A stretch of 32,000 bases of DNA, taken from the NCBI GenBank assembly GCA_963699255.1, contig OY969425.1:330001-362000 (forward strand), written 5' to 3'. Shown here piece after piece: positions 28,548 to 32,000 of the stretch (position 1 is its first letter; the number at the start of each line of letters is the position of its first letter). The DNA comes from an uncultured bacterium. GTDB lineage: Bacteria > Margulisbacteria > WOR-1 > CAVSGV01. Position numbers and translations under genes: made by a program. Below the pieces are notes generated by a model that had not been told where the DNA came from, made no database searches, and saw nothing but the letters and a program-made list of their open reading frames with translations.

Positions 28548-29168
28548 ATGGCAGGAATGAAAGTGGAATTCAAAAAAATAGGTAATCAGTTGGGACGAAT
28601 TTCTGATTTGGTCGGGAAAGGTAATTTTAACGCAGCTCACAAGTTGCTTGGAGGATTGATCCCGAAAATTGTCGGCCTTGACGAGCGGCTTACGAGACAG
28701 CAGGTATTAGGGCTAGGATCCGCATCAAAAATCAAATCAATAAAACTCCCGGAAATGATTGCTATTTCGCCCAAACTTAGCATTATGAGGGCTGAAATTA
28801 CTGTTGGCTTATTCAAGCAAGTAATGGAGGGGTATGCGATTGAAGGAGATAATGCCGTTCATCTTAAAGCCCTTCTTGCTAATCCTAAAGCAGCGGAAAC
28901 TGCCTTAACTTGTGTAAGTTTGTTGGATGCTAGAGAATTTGCTAAACGGTTGAGCATCCAAACCGGCAGGAAATTCAGGGTTCAAACTGAAGAAGAGTGG
29001 TCTAAGGCACAAAGTCAATTATCAGGAAGCAACTGGACTTGGACAGAAACCGAGTATTCCAATTCCGGTAATGATCATGTTCTCCGTCGCCTGAACGGCG
29101 GCTACGGCTACTACAACCTTGAGGGTCGTTATTTCAACTATGCGGTTCGCTTGGTCGAGGACAAATAA
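28548..29168 (+). CDS. Formylglycine-generating enzyme/SUMF1-like (C-type lectin fold) protein, candidate DGR variable protein
   Basis: 206 aa; 'MRAEITVGLFKQVM...VSLLDAREFAKRLSIQTGRKFRVQTEEEWSKA...NWTWTET...HVLRRLNGGYGYYNLEGRYFNYAVRLVEDK'; 29 of the 32 codons at 29055-29150 are NNY. Confidence 0.72.
   Translation: MAGMKVEFKKIGNQLGRISDLVGKGNFNAAHKLLGGLIPKIVGLDERLTRQQVLGLGSASKIKSIKLPEMIAISPKLSIMRAEITVGLFKQVMEGYAIEGDNAVHLKALLANPKAAETALTCVSLLDAREFAKRLSIQTGRKFRVQTEEEWSKAQSQLSGSNWTWTETEYSNSGNDHVLRRLNGGYGYYNLEGRYFNYAVRLVEDK
29055..29150 (+). other. Putative DGR variable region (VR) at the 3' end of the FGE/CLec-like gene
   Basis: Runs of 12, 9, 6 and 2 NNY codons separated only by CTG, GAG and GCG. 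No template repeat or reverse transcriptase seen in the window. Confidence 0.5.
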
Positions 29169-29236
29169 ATTACCCTTTGCTCTTTGTTCCTTTTACACTT
29201 TGAGTGGCGGGGTGGCCGGAAATTTTGAGGGAAAAA

Positions 29237-29671
29237 ATGGAAGCAATGAAGGTAATATTCAAGAACGGTTTGTATGGAAAAGGAAGGAAAACGGGACAAA
29301 TCAACATCGTAAAACCTTCATGTACATTATATTTTTCAAAGGAACAGTTAAATGCAAATAAGGTCTTAGAATATCCTATGCAGGGAAGCTGGGATTTTCC
29401 TCGTGGCTTAGTAAGCAAAATGCAGGCGGTTGTGAAAACAGGCGCGGACTATAAGGGTAATTGGGGTAAAATGATCCCCATAAATGGAGCCCCTCAAGGG
29501 GAATTCAAAGATCTGTTGTATATATACCCTACTGATAAATCAAATATAACCACAGTCCGCTTTGATATTTTTGACAAGAAAGAACAGTTAAAATGGAGAT
29601 ATCTCCGTCATTTATTTTCCAGGCGCAAATGGTCGAGGGGCATGTTTTACTCGCCAGGATATCAAAAATGA
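29237..29671 (+). CDS. Hypothetical protein
   Basis: ATG 29237 with upstream gaggga; 144 aa MEAMKVIFKNGLYGKGRKTGQINIVKPSCTLYFSKEQLNANKV...; no family recognised. Confidence 0.55.
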   Translation: MEAMKVIFKNGLYGKGRKTGQINIVKPSCTLYFSKEQLNANKVLEYPMQGSWDFPRGLVSKMQAVVKTGADYKGNWGKMIPINGAPQGEFKDLLYIYPTDKSNITTVRFDIFDKKEQLKWRYLRHLFSRRKWSRGMFYSPGYQK

Positions 29672-30000
29672 CTAAGGGGATCCATTCGGAAGCAAACAAT
29701 CAATATGTTTATGTCGATTGTGATATACAATTTGCTCCCAAAAACACTTCCGCCTTGACTTTGACCATCGCCTCTCAAACAGGTTTTGTTCTAATGTGGC
29801 CTAAGGGCGTCCACGATTGGAAAGGGCCGGGGAAATATGGTTTCATGGCTGATCTTGCTCACATTTTAGGAAAACAAGAAAGCTTTCGGTGTATATTAAG
29901 TGCGATAAACAAAGGAATTGCGGTAGGTAAAGAAGGAAAAGATCTTGCAAAATACGAAGAAAAATTTACATTAGATAAAATAGGCCTTGCTCTCGCATAA
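29668..30000 (+). CDS. Hypothetical protein, translationally coupled to the preceding ORF
   Basis: ATGA overlap at 29668-29671; 110 aa MTKGIHSEANNQYVYVDCDIQFAPKNTSALTLTIASQTGFVLMWPKGVHDWKG...; the track start at 29593 lies inside the upstream ORF. Confidence 0.55.
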   Translation: MTKGIHSEANNQYVYVDCDIQFAPKNTSALTLTIASQTGFVLMWPKGVHDWKGPGKYGFMADLAHILGKQESFRCILSAINKGIAVGKEGKDLAKYEEKFTLDKIGLALA

Positions 30001-30010
30001 ACTGGATAAA

Positions 30011-30065
30011 TAATCCCCTGCTCGCTTCACTCGCACCCCCTTTACTAAAGGGGGTAGGGGGATTA
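30011..30065. repeat. Nested inverted-repeat element (possible MITE-like/REP-like intergenic repeat)
   Basis: Outer arms TAATCCCC (30011-30018)/GGGGATTA (30058-30065); inner perfect hairpin CCCCCTTT-ACT-AAAGGGGG (30036-30054). Confidence 0.65.
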
Positions 30066-30216
30066 AGTCTGCCCCGCCTTTGCCTGCCCCCAATTTTTAT
30101 GTTAACTTGAGATCCTGGGATACTTGACATCCTTTCTCTTTCTACATTTTTAACTCAAATTGTGATAAACTTCAGCCAGTTCAAAGATGATCTTATCTTC
30201 TCGAAAGCAGGAATTA

Positions 30217-32000
30217 ATGAAAAGATGTTGCTTCATTCTGCTGGTGGCTTTGTTGTTGCCATTTGAAGCTTTTTGCGCCACGGGATCGATAGATTCCAGT
30301 TACACCTATGATTACAGTCAGCCGCCGGAATTCCAGCCAAGCTTGAACAGCCAGTTCACGGCACTTTCCGCTGGAGTTACGGATATTAATGCGAACCCCG
30401 CCGGGCTCATGCGGGTCAATACTTTTGAAGTGGCGGTCGGAATAAGCGGATTCGTTCAGAACCCAATAAAAAGCGATGAGAACAATGTTTACGTTGATGA
30501 TGTGAATCTGGGCGGAATAGAGAACTCTCCCAATTCAAGGTCTTATATAAGATTTACGGATGACAGGTCCGCCGTGACCGCTGAGTCGAGGCCGATCACG
30601 ATCAACGAGGATTACTCGAAGGGCGGCGGGATCAATTTCTTCGGGACGACATACAGGATGTCGGACTGGCTGGCGTTTTCCGTTAGCAGGAAACGCCCTA
30701 CAGCGATCGCTTTTAACTATCAGATGCTTACTCCGATCCTCGTGGATGCCAGGGCGGATTTCAGGGGGGCATCGGTCGAAGCCGGGGGACCGGGTAATTA
30801 TATTAATTTCAGGAATGACGGCACTATAGAGGTGGTAATCGGCGGAGTAACGATGGCAACGTCGGAGGTTGCCGCCTGGAGCGGGTTCTTGAGCCAGGGT
30901 ACGGGCGAAGTGGATTGGGTGGACGGCACTTTTGACAACTCGATAGTGAACCAGGACGGCATTGTCATTTCTGCCGCGGCAAAGACCGGGCCGATCTCCT
31001 GGGGGCTCAATGTTATGCCCATGACCGTTGACATGCAGCTGAACAATGAGGTCTCTGTTGCGAGCGACAGCGGCAATTCCAATGTGATGTTCTATATACC
31101 GAATTTGGATTTCAGTTCGACATTCGACGCCCTGTCCTGGGTGACATACGAGTGCGGGACCCCAACCGGCTACAGGTCTATCGAGGTGGAGACACGCGCC
31201 GGACAGCAGATCGGCAAAGCGCAGATCGCCGGCAAATATTCCGCGTCCCTGACAAGGATGGACCTGGGGATGCAGTGGGATCCTGCGGACTTTATAAGCG
31301 TCGGCGCCGTATACGAGAACTTCAACGGCGCGACATTGGACCTGAAAGGAGTGGAGGTCATACAGGAAGTGGAGCACTGGGTGGACACATCATCCAGAAT
31401 GCCGACCCTTGAGGGGGCGATCTACTGGGATCCGTTCCTCACCGCGCCGACCCATGAAGTTGAAACGGAGAAGACCATAAGGAACGCCTTGAACTTCCAG
31501 CCGATAGAGCTTCCGAGAAAAATAAAGTTCGGAGCGGCGCTCAAGAAACCGATCATTTTTGCGGTGGATTGGGAGCGGTGGATGAATGAGTATGATTTTT
31601 CAAGCGATCCGGGACATCCGGAAACGGCGCATAACATATCTCTGAGCGATATTTCCTTTGTGAAGATCGGCGCTGAAAGCCGGATCATGGCTCTACCCAT
31701 GATAGTGAGGGGAAGCTTGACCGGAATGCTCAAGCCGACGTCGGATGATAAGGCCACTGAAAACAGCATTGATGACCTGTATAAGAACATTCCGATAGTC
31801 CCGGTGGATGGCAATATTTATTTCGGTTTTGGGGTCATGGACGGGGAGTTCGGGTTCGGAGTCGGCGGCGGAGGGCTGCCTTTAATTCAGGCGCTGATGC
31901 TTGACATGTCGTCGATCACAAAGGTATTCTACGCTAATGTTTATTATACAAAGGGGAACTGGCAGGTCAGCTATCTTATGACGATGGACCCGGTGCTGAC
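30217..32000 (+). CDS. Exported outer-membrane beta-barrel-like protein, 3' partial (runs off window)
   Basis: ATG 30217 with agga SD; frame 1 open without a stop to 32000 (absent from the ORF track because it has no stop). Signal peptide MKRCCFILLVALLLPFEAFCA; 'NSQFTALSAGVTDINANPAGLMRVNTFEVAVGISGF' typical of OMP families with an 'NPAGL' N-terminal motif. Confidence 0.85.
   Translation, partial: MKRCCFILLVALLLPFEAFCATGSIDSSYTYDYSQPPEFQPSLNSQFTALSAGVTDINANPAGLMRVNTFEVAVGISGFVQNPIKSDENNVYVDDVNLGGIENSPNSRSYIRFTDDRSAVTAESRPITINEDYSKGGGINFFGTTYRMSDWLAFSVSRKRPTAIAFNYQMLTPILVDARADFRGASVEAGGPGNYINFRNDGTIEVVIGGVTMATSEVAAWSGFLSQGTGEVDWVDGTFDNSIVNQDGIVISAAAKTGPISWGLNVMPMTVDMQLNNEVSVASDSGNSNVMFYIPNLDFSSTFDALSWVTYECGTPTGYRSIEVETRAGQQIGKAQIAGKYSASLTRMDLGMQWDPADFISVGAVYENFNGATLDLKGVEVIQEVEHWVDTSSRMPTLEGAIYWDPFLTAPTHEVETEKTIRNALNFQPIELPRKIKFGAALKKPIIFAVDWERWMNEYDFSSDPGHPETAHNISLSDISFVKIGAESRIMALPMIVRGSLTGMLKPTSDDKATENSIDDLYKNIPIVPVDGNIYFGFGVMDGEFGFGVGGGGLPLIQALMLDMSSITKVFYANVYYTKGNWQVSYLMTMDPVL

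Noticed and set aside
30036-30054. Rho-independent terminator for the preceding ORF
   Set aside because: Good GC-rich stem but followed by TAGGGGGATTAAG rather than a T-tract; better explained as part of a nested repeat element.
29169-30216. Possible DGR template repeat, Avd or reverse transcriptase next to the FGE-like gene
   Set aside because: Looked for an A-rich copy of the 29031-29150 sequence and for a YADD-type protein; neither is present in the window.
30535-31377. 280-aa minus-strand ORF
   Set aside because: Antisense to the long coding frame 30217-32000 with signal peptide; sequence is low-complexity basic/Pro/Arg/His-rich, typical of a shadow ORF.
1-32000. CRISPR arrays, tRNA or rRNA genes
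   Set aside because: No regularly spaced direct repeats and no recognisable tRNA/rRNA sequence noticed by eye; a tRNAscan-SE/CRISPR search would be decisive.

Overview
Chromosomal window from an uncultured-looking bacterium with dense, mostly housekeeping gene content. Left end (1-5721): a same-strand operon for a membrane-bound group 4 [NiFe] hydrogenase of Mbh/Ech/complex-I type. It has antiporter-like and small membrane subunits, a NuoB-like small subunit, a NuoC-like subunit, a large subunit with both nickel CxxC motifs, a NuoH-like subunit, a 2x[4Fe-4S] ferredoxin and a HycI-type maturation protease. Middle: CheY-like receiver, SemiSWEET, NAD(P)H-dependent FMN reductase, Fe/Mn superoxide dismutase and a methyltransferase. 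A minus-strand block follows with polA (interrupted by an apparent 1-nt frameshift), tsf, rpsB, prmC, prfA, rpmE and a PEGA-like/beta-barrel protein. Right part: an EF-hand/transglutaminase-like/TPR protein, rpsO-pnp, a double-domain methylglyoxal synthase, a HEAT-repeat protein, purL, a lytic transglycosylase, comEA, comEC, a formylglycine-generating-enzyme/C-type-lectin-like protein whose 3' end looks like a diversity-generating retroelement (DGR) variable region, two coupled unknown ORFs, and a long exported outer-membrane-like protein that runs off the window. The best leads are the candidate DGR target (no template repeat or reverse transcriptase seen in the window), the tandem MGS-domain protein, the EF-hand/transglutaminase/TPR fusion, the polA frameshift, and short inverted or dispersed intergenic repeats. 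Nothing here amounts to a proven new multi-gene system. The hydrogenase plus gene content suggests a WOR-1/Margulisbacteria-like lineage, but that is a weak inference.
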